Origin: Bacteroides phage crAss002 | Length of the DNA: 32,000 bases | Sequence record: NC_055828.1 | Strand: one strand, 5' to 3' | Part shown: in pieces, positions 9,484 to 18,421 of the stretch | Layout: each line of letters opens with the position of its first letter | How positions within the stretch are numbered: position 1 is the first letter of the stretch | Translations under genes and position numbers: made by a program | The notes under the pieces: model-generated | What the model saw: the letters and a program-made list of their open reading frames with translations, nothing else | Database searches by the model: none | Told to the model about the DNA's origin: nothing

Positions 9484-9724
9484 TTTCAAATACATTTATT
9501 GGATATTTACTTTTAATTTCGATAACACTTCCTTCAACAATAGTATCTCCTCTTTTAATAGCTCTAATACGAACTTTTCTATGATATGCAGCTTCTTTAA
9601 GATTACTTCCAAATTGATTAATTAATCTTTTATTTTTATAAATAGCTACATAAAGACCTAATTCATATTGTCGAGTAATTATTTCTATATTACCAAGTTC
9701 TTTATCCTTTATTACTGTTCTCAT
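9455..9724 (-). CDS. Protein of unknown function, 89 aa
   Basis: Open ORF in block orientation with short overlaps with neighbours. Confidence 0.6.
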   Translation of the reverse strand: MRTVIKDKELGNIEIITRQYELGLYVAIYKNKRLINQFGSNLKEAAYHRKVRIRAIKRGDTIVEGSVIEIKSKYPINVFENESSKEVNR

Positions 9725-10007
9725 ATTCTTCTCTAATTAATTTATTTTGTTCAGATATAGCTTTCATAATAAGCTCACGAGAATCCCAAAGACTTTCAGC
9801 ACCAGTACTTAGATAATAATGTTCAAGTACTTGTTCATTAGACATATTTTGAAAATCTACAATATGAGGACAAGCTATCATAGCTTCATTAAATTTCCTA
9901 GTAACATCATTCAATAGATTATATAGTTTACTACGAATAACTACATTATCTGTATTATTCTGTCTTATTCTAGCAATAAGAGCAGGAATTATTTCACCGT
10001 TTTGCAT
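9702..10007 (-). CDS. Protein of unknown function, about 101 aa
   Basis: Start likely MQNGEIIPALIARI rather than the upstream Met at 10052; this leaves a short overlap with the 58 aa ORF at 9994..10170. Confidence 0.55.
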   Translation of the reverse strand: MQNGEIIPALIARIRQNNTDNVVIRSKLYNLLNDVTRKFNEAMIACPHIVDFQNMSNEQVLEHYYLSTGAESLWDSRELIMKAISEQNKLIREEYENSNKG

Positions 10008-10170
10008 TTCTATGAGTTTTCTTATTCTTATTACGTTTATGTCTCTTAGCAATTACTTTATGATTATTGCCTTTTTTAGTAGAACTTCCTTTATAATTAT
10101 TATCATAAAGAGTACCTAATTCAAAAGCTTTATCATCAAGAAATATATTATAAGGATTATCAAACTTCAT
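9994..10170 (-). CDS. 58 aa basic small protein (not in supplied ORF track)
   Basis: Manual translation: MKFDNPYNIFLDDKAFELGTLYDNNYKGSSTKKGNNHKVIAKRHKRNKNKKTHRNAKR*; overlaps neighbours by 14 and 11 nt. Confidence 0.6.
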   Translation of the reverse strand: MKFDNPYNIFLDDKAFELGTLYDNNYKGSSTKKGNNHKVIAKRHKRNKNKKTHRNAKR

Positions 10171-10459
10171 TTTTATCTAATGATTTAATATATTTAATAG
10201 CTTCATCACGAGAATCACACAGTTTATCTAATTCAGTACTACGCTTCCAACCATCTCCTTCATTAGTAATAACGGTAACACCATATTTACCTTTAAAGGT
10301 TATACCATTAACTTCTCTATTATAGAGTCCATGTTGATTATCTTTTTCAGAACAACTAAGTTCGATAATATGATTTCCAACAGTATGATAACTATCAACA
10401 ATGGGAGTAAAGAAATTACTTCCTTTAACTATACTTTGGAATATCTTAGCTTTTTCCAT
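10160..10459 (-). CDS. Protein of unknown function, 99 aa
   Basis: Start likely at MEKAKIFQSIVKG; short overlap with the upstream HNH gene. Confidence 0.55.
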   Translation of the reverse strand: MEKAKIFQSIVKGSNFFTPIVDSYHTVGNHIIELSCSEKDNQHGLYNREVNGITFKGKYGVTVITNEGDGWKRSTELDKLCDSRDEAIKYIKSLDKNEV

Positions 10460-10781
10460 ATTTACTTCCAGTTTGATTGCGACACCATTCAAGATTAGAC
10501 CAATGATTATTAGCACTATTACCGTCCTTATATCTAACATATTTATATACGTTAGGTTTAGGATTAGTAACAAATGCTTTAGCAACGAGAGTAGCTATAA
10601 ATAGCTTAGAACTATTACCATTGTGAAACAATGTAACATGAGGTCTTTCACAACCTTTACCACGATACCATTTAAGATAACGCTTACGATTATCAGACCA
10701 AACTCTTCCATCTTCTCCTACACAATAATTAGGGAATTCTGAAATAGTAACGAATCTGACTATTGTTTTACTTTCTTCCAT
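10446..10781 (-). CDS. HNH-type homing endonuclease-like protein (NUMOD4 + HNH), possibly degenerate
   Basis: FVTISEFPNYCVGEDGRVWSDN (NUMOD4-like) ... YKDGNSANNHWSNLEWC (HNH_3-like NNxxxNLEWC; the canonical NHKD is replaced by YKDG). Confidence 0.75.
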   Translation of the reverse strand: MEESKTIVRFVTISEFPNYCVGEDGRVWSDNRKRYLKWYRGKGCERPHVTLFHNGNSSKLFIATLVAKAFVTNPKPNVYKYVRYKDGNSANNHWSNLEWCRNQTGSKYGKS

Positions 10782-11046
10782 ACTTTTTATTTAAATAATA
10801 TGCACGACGTTTAGCTTCTTTAAAGGAATAAATCTTCCTATGCTTAATAATATGATTAAACAGGTCAATAGGAGCATAAACATCAGAAGTTCTTTCAATC
10901 TTACCGTTAAGATAATCATCAATCTTCTTATGTAGTTCCTCATAGGTTATTACTATATGAATGATTCTAAGACCATGACAATAAGCATTATTATCGTTAG
11001 GTTGCCTAACAACAATATATCTACCTTTATCTTCTCCTTCTTTCAT
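10768..11046 (-). CDS. Protein of unknown function, about 92 aa
   Basis: Start likely MKEGEDKGRYIVV; the longer ORF to 11112 has a low-quality leader. Confidence 0.5.
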   Translation of the reverse strand: MKEGEDKGRYIVVRQPNDNNAYCHGLRIIHIVITYEELHKKIDDYLNGKIERTSDVYAPIDLFNHIIKHRKIYSFKEAKRRAYYLNKKYGRK

Positions 11047-11344
11047 TATCGGTTTTACAAATATAATCAATCTTATTAATAGACCAAAGAAAATCTTACT
11101 GTTTTTAAACATACGTAATTAGTGATTCTAAGGCTCACTGTTGAACGCAAGGCAAAAATAATATAGTTGTTCAGGTAAGTATAGTAAATCGTACAGAGAC
11201 GAAATATCGGGCATTCTCGTTGATTTCCCCCATAAAGGAGTGTCGTTACTGTATACTTCCGACAGTCCTCTTTGAGTATAAGCTAACGATTTATCTCACA
11301 ATCAGAGTATATAATAGAAACACTAACTTTACAAGGGAATAACA

Positions 11345-11382
11345 AAAAGCCCTACTGCTAATCTCTCGACTAACAATAGGGC
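11345..11382 (-). terminator. Rho-independent terminator
   Basis: - strand GCCCTA ... TAGGGC followed by TTTTTGTT, right after the stop at 11401. Confidence 0.65.
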
Positions 11383-11400
11383 AAGGTATCAAACCATGAC

Positions 11401-11754
11401 TTACTTTAACAACTTATATACTACAAGGGTATCGTCCTCTTCTTCTTTTTCTAACTTAACGTTAGTATCAGATGTAACACGAAGGCTTCGTATTATATCA
11501 GAAGCGTTAACAGAATAATAACCATAATCTGAAACAGATACATTTCGGCATTGACCTTGAATATCTTCTGTAAGAAAACCTAGATATATTGATTCTTGTT
11601 CTTCCACTGGGTTGAACTTAACCATTAATAACATCTTTAGTTTATCTTTCAGATGTATGTCTTTTATTATCAGTTTCTTCTTCTTATAGTCTATATAAGA
11701 TTTATTATAATTAACTTTCTTCTTCGATATTATTTGGTAATCCAGTAGGCTCAT
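11401..11754 (-). CDS. Protein of unknown function (start uncertain: 11754, 11634 or 11625)
   Basis: Conserved-looking C-terminal part MVKFNPVEEQESIYLGFLTEDIQGQCRNVSVSDYGYYSV...; the N-terminal leader overlaps the ligase end. Confidence 0.5.
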   Translation of the reverse strand: MSLLDYQIISKKKVNYNKSYIDYKKKKLIIKDIHLKDKLKMLLMVKFNPVEEQESIYLGFLTEDIQGQCRNVSVSDYGYYSVNASDIIRSLRVTSDTNVKLEKEEEDDTLVVYKLLK

Positions 11755-12976
11755 TATTAAGTATTTTAATTAAATTCCCATGACTCGGGACATTCTTCAC
11801 TCCTGACCTACATCTATATTCGACAAACGCTGTCTTACCAATAAGTTTATCTTTATTAAGAAGATAACTTTCACGAGTAGAAGCATCACCAATCGGCATA
11901 CATTCAAAGGTTTCACCATTAACATCATTACGAAGAACGAATTTACTAAACTTAGGTCGTTTAGCTCCTTCGGGAATAACATCAATAATCTTGAATTTAC
12001 CATCTAGTATTGGTTTACTTTTGTACATAGTAGAATTACGTTTGCCAAATTGATATGTAGCATAAGGATTACGAAGAATAGCTCCCTCGAACTTAGCTTC
12101 AACAAAGAGGTCTCGATATTTAATAATATCTTCATCTCCGTTAAGATTATCGTAAGTATGAATAAGTACGAAACGTTTCTTATTATTCATGTGATAATCA
12201 AGAATAACTTTAGCATTAACGTAATTAGGCATCTTAAACTTGCCAAACTCTGACTTCAATAATGATATACGACTAGTTTGAATCATATCATCAATAGCTA
12301 AGTCGTAACACCAAAATTGAAGAAAGCGATTATATGGACTTTTAAGATTCTCGGCAGCACTTAGAATATCATTTAGTTCAAGACCAGGAATATATAACTC
12401 TCCGTCTAATACTAAATTATCTTCTAACATACGATTGAATAGCTTGTCTGTAATAACATCATCTAGCAATACATTCTCCAATACAGGACACTTATATTCA
12501 AGTCCTTTACGACTACGAAATACAAGTCCTTTAGTTTTAAAGAATCCTTCACCACGCATAACAGCAGATATATTACAACGAACACCATTAATCTTCATTT
12601 GAGCTAATAGCCCTTGTTCGTTATTATATTCATATATCTTAGCTAACATAGGAAGAACAAATCCTTCATTATTAGTATTGTACTTAGGAAGATAACAATC
12701 AAGATAATTAAATAAATCATCTTCATTTGTTATTTCAGCAGGAGTATTATCATATAATTCTCCTAATTCAGTACCACCTTCTCTACGTTTAGCAGCAACA
12801 ATAGTTTTCCATTCTTTCTCAACACCTCTAGGCGGAACATATTCAGATGTAGTACCTGTTTTACCAACAATACCATACTTTAGAATTATCTTATGACCTA
12901 GTATTTCTGCTGACCAAAAGATAGGTTTGCCTTGTGCATTACGCTTATAAAGAGTAATACTTTTCGATTCACTCAT
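11711..12976 (-). CDS. ATP-dependent DNA ligase
   Basis: GLLAQMKINGVRCNI (motif I-like, K-x-N/D-G-x-R), NLVLDGELYIPG (motif III), FEGAILRNPYATYQFGKRN (motif IV), FKIIDVIPEG and FVEYRCRS. Confidence 0.85.
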   Translation of the reverse strand: MSESKSITLYKRNAQGKPIFWSAEILGHKIILKYGIVGKTGTTSEYVPPRGVEKEWKTIVAAKRREGGTELGELYDNTPAEITNEDDLFNYLDCYLPKYNTNNEGFVLPMLAKIYEYNNEQGLLAQMKINGVRCNISAVMRGEGFFKTKGLVFRSRKGLEYKCPVLENVLLDDVITDKLFNRMLEDNLVLDGELYIPGLELNDILSAAENLKSPYNRFLQFWCYDLAIDDMIQTSRISLLKSEFGKFKMPNYVNAKVILDYHMNNKKRFVLIHTYDNLNGDEDIIKYRDLFVEAKFEGAILRNPYATYQFGKRNSTMYKSKPILDGKFKIIDVIPEGAKRPKFSKFVLRNDVNGETFECMPIGDASTRESYLLNKDKLIGKTAFVEYRCRSGVKNVPSHGNLIKILNNEPTGLPNNIEEES

Positions 12977-13455
12977 ACTTCTTCAATTTTATATTTATTA
13001 GGTTGTTCACGCATAAGACCAATAGCAACCTCTCTATCTATTATCATAGACTTATTAGTATCTATAACAATAATCCTGACTTTAGGATTAGGAGAGGGAG
13101 ATGTAACAGATTTCCGCTCCTTTATGGGGGAAGGTTTGGTAATCAGTTTACTAGTCTTATTAGTTCCCCTTTTCTTTTCGTAAACAATAGGAGGATTAAC
13201 TTCTTCATATTTAAGATTAGCTTCATGAATCTTTTCAAGAGATTCTTTATCATAACCTAAATATATAAGAGCTGCCATTATCCATCTATATCTAAAATGA
13301 ATAGTTTGAATATAAGGATAATTAGGTAAATCTAATTCATGAAGATAACTAGCAATAGTATCGGAAGTACCGTTAACTTTAAGATTATGTTGAATCATTC
13401 TTATATCAGAACCATCTAACTGATAACTAAACGGATTTACGTTGTTTAACTTCAT
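12973..13455 (-). CDS. Protein of unknown function, 160 aa
   Basis: ATGA-type overlap with the ligase start; central Pro/Ser/Lys linker contains the dispersed element. Confidence 0.65.
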   Translation of the reverse strand: MKLNNVNPFSYQLDGSDIRMIQHNLKVNGTSDTIASYLHELDLPNYPYIQTIHFRYRWIMAALIYLGYDKESLEKIHEANLKYEEVNPPIVYEKKRGTNKTSKLITKPSPIKERKSVTSPSPNPKVRIIVIDTNKSMIIDREVAIGLMREQPNKYKIEEV

Positions 13456-13972
13456 TTGCTGTAAGTCTTACAATTATATACTTTTTAGGTTTACCTATTC
13501 TCGCATGATAGAACTTGAAACACTTTAGATAATCAGTACTTTCAGTCCACTGTATAAAGTTTCCTTTAGATACAGATGTATTAGTTTCATAATTAAACTC
13601 TCTTGGAATCTTATGACTACTATACATGTCTTTATCTAAGTAATTCTTAATGATAGCTAAGTGTTCAGGATTATCAAACTCAAAGTTACCATAAATTTTT
13701 ATCTTAGAAAAGTCAATTGGTGTACCGTCAGAAAGAGAGAGATGAATTAAAATATCAGGATTATCAACCATTTGTTGTCTGACATCATCAAGATACTTCT
13801 CTTCTTCATCTGTTAAAGGATACATAAAATAATAGCTATAAACATTTCCGCTATTACCGAAACTGTTTATAGCTATTCTCTTTAATGGAGCAAATGAATT
13901 AAAATCAATTACTCTACGTTCTTCTTGTGCCTTTGGAAATGGCACATATTCTTCTTCTCTACTCATATTCAA
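13427..13972 (-). CDS. Protein of unknown function, 181 aa
   Basis: Open ORF between primase and the 160 aa ORF, short overlaps on both sides. Confidence 0.65.
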   Translation of the reverse strand: MNMSREEEYVPFPKAQEERRVIDFNSFAPLKRIAINSFGNSGNVYSYYFMYPLTDEEEKYLDDVRQQMVDNPDILIHLSLSDGTPIDFSKIKIYGNFEFDNPEHLAIIKNYLDKDMYSSHKIPREFNYETNTSVSKGNFIQWTESTDYLKCFKFYHARIGKPKKYIIVRLTANEVKQRKSV

Positions 13973-15092
13973 ATAATGATTCAGTTTGTTCTATAAACGA
14001 ATTAATAGTTTCTCTTGAATACATACTAACTAACTCCGAGAAATCTTTAGCACCATAACTTCTTGGAATAACAATAGGTATAATACCATATTCTTTTCGT
14101 AACCTACGAGCACCACGTACTCCTGTTAAATCACAATCAAAAAAAGAAATAAGTATTCCATTGTCGTTTAGCTTAGATTGAAGCCAGTTATATTCGTAAT
14201 CTTTGAGAACATAGCTCTCCGAAGTAACATTAATTACTCCTATTTGAGACTCTGACAAATTCCCCCGTAAAGGATAGGAATGTAACCAGTAACTTAATGC
14301 TAGATTGTCCTTATATGATTTAGTAATAATAATTATATCATACTTAGGTTTATCAAGATTAAGTATTCCAACAAGACCATTATGATTAGTTATAAACTTG
14401 ATTTCTCCCTTACTTCTATCTCGAAGAGGAAAATAACATTCGATATTATAAATACCGTTACTATCAAGTCCAGTAACATAAGCATAACAAGGGTCTGATT
14501 CCTTATATGTATATTTAGGACTAGGTTGACAATACCTATTAATATACATTTGGTCAACAGGATAGACAAAATGAGTATTAAGCCAATGTAGACTAACTCC
14601 CCATTTTCCCCAAATATTCTTATCGTTATTAGTCCAAGTTCTAGTAGCTATTTCAATAATTGGTTTACTAGCTTTGATTTTAGATATTACTTGTTTAAGT
14701 AAGATTTCATTTTCTTCATCTACTTCTCCGTCATATATTATCTTACGGAAAGTATAAGCTATATGCTTTAATATATAATAGAAATCTGCCTTATTAGCAA
14801 CATTTATATGACGACCAGTTTTAAAACTTAGTACATAAGCTACTAGGTCGAAACAATCACCAAATAGTACACCTGAAAAATCTCTAATTTTTAGCTTATG
14901 TTTATTATTGAAAGCAAAACCTAAAGTAGGATGTTTATCATTTCTAAAAGGAGAACATATAAGAGTATTTAATTCAATACATTCATTTATAGTTTCAAGA
15001 GAGATATTACTGTATTTAGCCATAATCATTTCTTGACTAACCTTAGATAATATAAACTCTTTTGTTAAGTCATTTTTGATTCCTCTTTTCAT
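13959..15092 (-). CDS. DNA primase (DnaG/bacteriophage type, zinc-finger-like N-terminus plus Toprim)
   Basis: LICSPFRNDKHPTLGFAF ... DFSGVLFGDCFDLVAYVL (primase N-terminal pattern); YDIIIITKSYKDNLAL and GILISFFDCDLTGVRGARRLRKEYG (Toprim). Confidence 0.85.
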   Translation of the reverse strand: MKRGIKNDLTKEFILSKVSQEMIMAKYSNISLETINECIELNTLICSPFRNDKHPTLGFAFNNKHKLKIRDFSGVLFGDCFDLVAYVLSFKTGRHINVANKADFYYILKHIAYTFRKIIYDGEVDEENEILLKQVISKIKASKPIIEIATRTWTNNDKNIWGKWGVSLHWLNTHFVYPVDQMYINRYCQPSPKYTYKESDPCYAYVTGLDSNGIYNIECYFPLRDRSKGEIKFITNHNGLVGILNLDKPKYDIIIITKSYKDNLALSYWLHSYPLRGNLSESQIGVINVTSESYVLKDYEYNWLQSKLNDNGILISFFDCDLTGVRGARRLRKEYGIIPIVIPRSYGAKDFSELVSMYSRETINSFIEQTESLFEYE

Positions 15093-15681
15093 CTATAAAA
15101 ATATAATATATTGTAGAATCCTTTTCTCTTGCTTCTTTTAGTTTTTTTATTTCATCAAGTGTAGGACTTTTCCATTTAAAGCCTCCGCACATAGAATTTA
15201 CACCTGTTCTAGCTTTAGATATAGCACTATGATTGCAACCTGTATAAATACTAGCATATTGATTATTAAGAAATACTCTAATTCTATTTCCTTCTAAATC
15301 ACATTGTACAATAGGATTAAAATAATCTTTTATCTTTTGATTTCTAGTACCATAATTAGAATTGTATTTCGGAGTACACCACTCTAAATTGGACACATTG
15401 TTATTAAGAGGATTTTCATCTTTATGATTAACTTGTGTAAATTCAATAGGATTAGGATTATCTAAAAAATATTTAGCAACTATTCTATGAATTTCTTTAG
15501 TTTTACTAATACTTTGTTTTTTATCACGTAATACTACAAAGGCATAACCTTTAGAATTAACATTGATATCAAGAAGTTTATTAGAATGAATACTGAATAT
15601 CTCACCTTTATTATTGACAAGATATGATGGAAATTCATCTATAACTTTCCACTCACTTTTTATAATATCCTTTAGTTCCAT
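15070..15681 (-). CDS. HNH homing endonuclease (NUMOD4 + HNH_3 type)
   Basis: EWKVIDEFPSYLVNNKGEIFSI ... HRIVAKYFLDNPNPIEFTQVNHKDENPLNNNVSNLEWCTPKYNSNYG. Confidence 0.9.
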   Translation of the reverse strand: MELKDIIKSEWKVIDEFPSYLVNNKGEIFSIHSNKLLDINVNSKGYAFVVLRDKKQSISKTKEIHRIVAKYFLDNPNPIEFTQVNHKDENPLNNNVSNLEWCTPKYNSNYGTRNQKIKDYFNPIVQCDLEGNRIRVFLNNQYASIYTGCNHSAISKARTGVNSMCGGFKWKSPTLDEIKKLKEAREKDSTIYYIFIDEKRNQK

Positions 15682-15720
15682 ATCTTTAATTTTTTTGTTA
15701 ATCGAAATAAAGATAAAAGA

Positions 15721-15755
15721 AATTCCCGTAGAATCTAAAAATTCTACGGGAATTA
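15721..15755 (-). terminator. Terminator-like hairpin downstream of the SSB-like gene
   Basis: AATTCCCGTAGAAT ... ATTCTACGGGGAATT, one-base bulge; located right after the stop of 15790..16833. Confidence 0.65.
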
Positions 15756-15789
15756 TTATAACATTATTAACGAAATATATTTGGATTAC

Positions 15790-16833
15790 TTAGAATGGAA
15801 GTCCACCATTATCTTCTGTTTCAGGAGCAAAAGCAGAACTTTCAGTAGAAACAAATCCACCTGCTACACCACCTGCAAAACCACCCATAGGCATACTCGG
15901 ATTAACAATTCCTGCACCCATAGGAATACCACCAATACCGGCAGCAGTTCCAAGATTAGGAGCTTTTCTTTGTTTAGATTGTACACCTTCCATTGGAGCA
16001 ATACGTTCTTTAGTAATGTCGAACATTAGACTTGGTTCTTTGAAATGGTTAGCATCAAGCATAAACTGTTCTTCAAAGATTCCTTGACCTACAATATTTG
16101 GGAATACCAAATCGCCTTCTTCTGAACCTTGACCAGAGAAAGCCCAATCACCTTTGTTCTTATAATAGCGATTAAGTCTGAACCAAAATTGTCTAGGTTT
16201 ACCTGTCTTATCAAGTAATGCAGATTTACCATTTTCTCCACCTGTTTCAACAAGTTTAACTACATTGTCAAACAGAACTCCCCAAGCCTTGATAACATCT
16301 TCTACTTCAACTGGTTCATACTGACCATTATCGTCATAATCAACATAACCAAGTTCAAGCATTTCAGATTCTTCATCAGTCATTTCACGACCTTTGAATA
16401 CAACCACATCAAGGAAGTGTTTTATCCAAGCAAAGTCCATATTAATAAACTTCTCTTTAGCACCGCCAGGAATATAGTCAACATTACTTTCATAGGGCCA
16501 AAATGTCTTACTAGCAACACGAACATCAGCAGGATTAGTATGAAGAGAAGTAGCTTCAATAACAAGCTGTGGAATAGCTTTTCCTGCAAATGCTGGACGC
16601 ATATTGTTATCTTCCTTCATAGTTACCCAAGCAACACGAGCATGAAGATGTCCAACAAATAACCAAAGGTTATTAATAGCATCTTTATGAGAGAACTTCT
16701 TACGAGCAGTAGTTCTTGTCTCATTACTAATACCTCTACGACGCTTCTTAGTTGCAGTAGTTGCAGCATTATTAGCTGATTGATTAACTATTGGTTCTTC
16801 TACTTTAGCACTTTCTTCTTTTTGAGTACTCAT
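15790..16833 (-). CDS. Probable single-stranded DNA-binding protein
   Basis: Start at MSTQKEESAK. Gly-rich disordered C-terminus ending in acidic-hydrophobic tip TEDNGGLPF (SSB-like tail); located among replication genes and flanked by terminators. Confidence 0.55.
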   Translation of the reverse strand: MSTQKEESAKVEEPIVNQSANNAATTATKKRRRGISNETRTTARKKFSHKDAINNLWLFVGHLHARVAWVTMKEDNNMRPAFAGKAIPQLVIEATSLHTNPADVRVASKTFWPYESNVDYIPGGAKEKFINMDFAWIKHFLDVVVFKGREMTDEESEMLELGYVDYDDNGQYEPVEVEDVIKAWGVLFDNVVKLVETGGENGKSALLDKTGKPRQFWFRLNRYYKNKGDWAFSGQGSEEGDLVFPNIVGQGIFEEQFMLDANHFKEPSLMFDITKERIAPMEGVQSKQRKAPNLGTAAGIGGIPMGAGIVNPSMPMGGFAGGVAGGFVSTESSAFAPETEDNGGLPF

Positions 16834-16937
16834 AAAATTTGTTTTTATAAAGATTAATACTAACAACAACAAGTTGTACAGGCTTGTTGTTTATTGCAAA
16901 GTTTCCAAATATAATAATTTTTTAAATCATAGCCAAA

Positions 16938-16975
16938 TAAAAAAGAGCTAAATTCAATTAAGAATTTAGCTCTTT
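16938..16975 (-). terminator. Rho-independent terminator
   Basis: Perfect 14 bp arms AAAGAGCTAAATTC (16942-16955) / GAATTTAGCTCTTT (16962-16975), loop 6 nt, followed on - by TTTTTTATTTGG. Confidence 0.85.
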
Positions 16976-17008
16976 ATAATCTAGCTTTTATCTAACCGGA
17001 AGAAGTTC

Positions 17009-17764
17009 TTATTTAGAAGATTGACGAGCAATCGGTTCTTCATCGGCTTTGAAAGAAATCTTATAAGCGTTAACTTCAACAGTTTCTTTTTCATCACCAA
17101 TAACTTTACCAGTTTCAACAGCAACTACGAACGGTTCGTTCAAGTTAACTTCAAATACACGGTTAAACTTCTCTGCTTCGTCACCGAGACTTTCTTTCAA
17201 TTCCGACCACATTGAAGAATCGGAGAAAGTCAACGGCAAACCAAGACCAGTAAGATTGGAAGAAGTAGAAGTACGAGCACCAGAGTAAGCACGAGTAGTA
17301 GGATTGTAGTCATCAATAGTAACTTCTTCTACTGACTTACCAACTTCTTCTGCGATTCTTTCTTTGTTAAGTTCAAATGCAGCCGCTTTCTGTTCAGCAG
17401 TCATACGAACACCTGCAAGTTTGATTTCTCCGTTCTTCTCGAACAAAGGTACACCTTTACAGATACCATATTCACCGAAGTTCTGAATAAGAGCAGCACG
17501 AGCAGCTTCTGTACCAAACTCAACATTGTTCTCTTCGCACCATGCCATTACTTCGGCATCACGTTCAGCAATAGCTGCATCAATATCAGCAATATTACTA
17601 ACAAACTGTACGTTATCACCGGGAACAAGACCCATGATACGAGTTACTGCACCTGCCAAGCTAAACTTAGCTTTAGTACTGTTAGCAGTCAATGTAGGTT
17701 CGTTACTAGCTTGCATTACTCTCTTACCGCTTTGTACGGCACTCATGCCAAATTGAAGTCCCAT
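17009..17764 (-). CDS. Conserved-looking phage protein of unknown function, 251 aa
   Basis: Long ORF with high-quality composition, isolated by a terminator; probably abundant (higher-GC, C-ending codon usage). Confidence 0.75.
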   Translation of the reverse strand: MGLQFGMSAVQSGKRVMQASNEPTLTANSTKAKFSLAGAVTRIMGLVPGDNVQFVSNIADIDAAIAERDAEVMAWCEENNVEFGTEAARAALIQNFGEYGICKGVPLFEKNGEIKLAGVRMTAEQKAAAFELNKERIAEEVGKSVEEVTIDDYNPTTRAYSGARTSTSSNLTGLGLPLTFSDSSMWSELKESLGDEAEKFNRVFEVNLNEPFVVAVETGKVIGDEKETVEVNAYKISFKADEEPIARQSSK

Positions 17765-17794
17765 AATGTAAAAATTTTTAAAAGTTAATAATTA

Positions 17795-18358
17795 TTAAAC
17801 GATATGATATAGTTCGGATTCGCCAAGAGAATCTATCTCTTTGGAACTGGCTAATCGAAACGTATAACCATGAATAGGTTTATTTGTTTTTCCTTTTCTA
17901 ATAGCTTCTGAAATAGTACCTTGAATTTTATAACCAATATACTTAGCAGCTTTTGTAGCAGAACGAAATATTATCTCTTCACTTGTACTTATATTCTTAC
18001 CAACAATAGGTAAGGACAACTTTAAAGATTTCTTCTCGCTCACATTACTATAATCTAGGTTACAAGCATTAGTAATCCATTCAAGATTATCCAGTCTATT
18101 ATTTAAAGGATTCTCATCTTTATGATTAATAACAAGTCCTTCAAGAGTAGTTGGATTAAAGTGATTCATCACTAATCTATGAACGTATATTAACACTTTG
18201 TTTTTTCCTTCTGAACAGTTATATAAACAAACTCTAGCATGACCTCTATCTATTTTAGGTTTAAGAATTTGTTTAGTATATCTATTACGAACATTTCCTA
18301 GATTACTTACTTCGTAATTTGGAAATCCTTCAACGATTTTGTATTCTTCCATAAGCAA
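17795..18358 (-). CDS. HNH homing endonuclease (NUMOD4 + HNH_3 + NUMOD1-like C-terminus)
   Basis: YKIVEGFPNYEVSNLGNVRNRYTKQILKP ... VINHKDENPLNNRLDNLEWITNACNLDYS; C-terminal FRSATKAAKYIGYKIQGTISEAIRKGK. Confidence 0.9.
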   Translation of the reverse strand: MLMEEYKIVEGFPNYEVSNLGNVRNRYTKQILKPKIDRGHARVCLYNCSEGKNKVLIYVHRLVMNHFNPTTLEGLVINHKDENPLNNRLDNLEWITNACNLDYSNVSEKKSLKLSLPIVGKNISTSEEIIFRSATKAAKYIGYKIQGTISEAIRKGKTNKPIHGYTFRLASSKEIDSLGESELYHIV

Positions 18359-18421
18359 TTAAAATTAGTTTTTGTCTTATTTCGTATCTATTGATTAGTA
18401 ATAGTTAGACTTCTATTACTA

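Noticed and set aside
15070-18358. Group I intron or intein associated with the HNH genes
   Set aside because: Primase, polymerase, ligase and helicase ORFs are uninterrupted and the HNH genes are separate ORFs between genes. No intein splice blocks or intron core were recognised.
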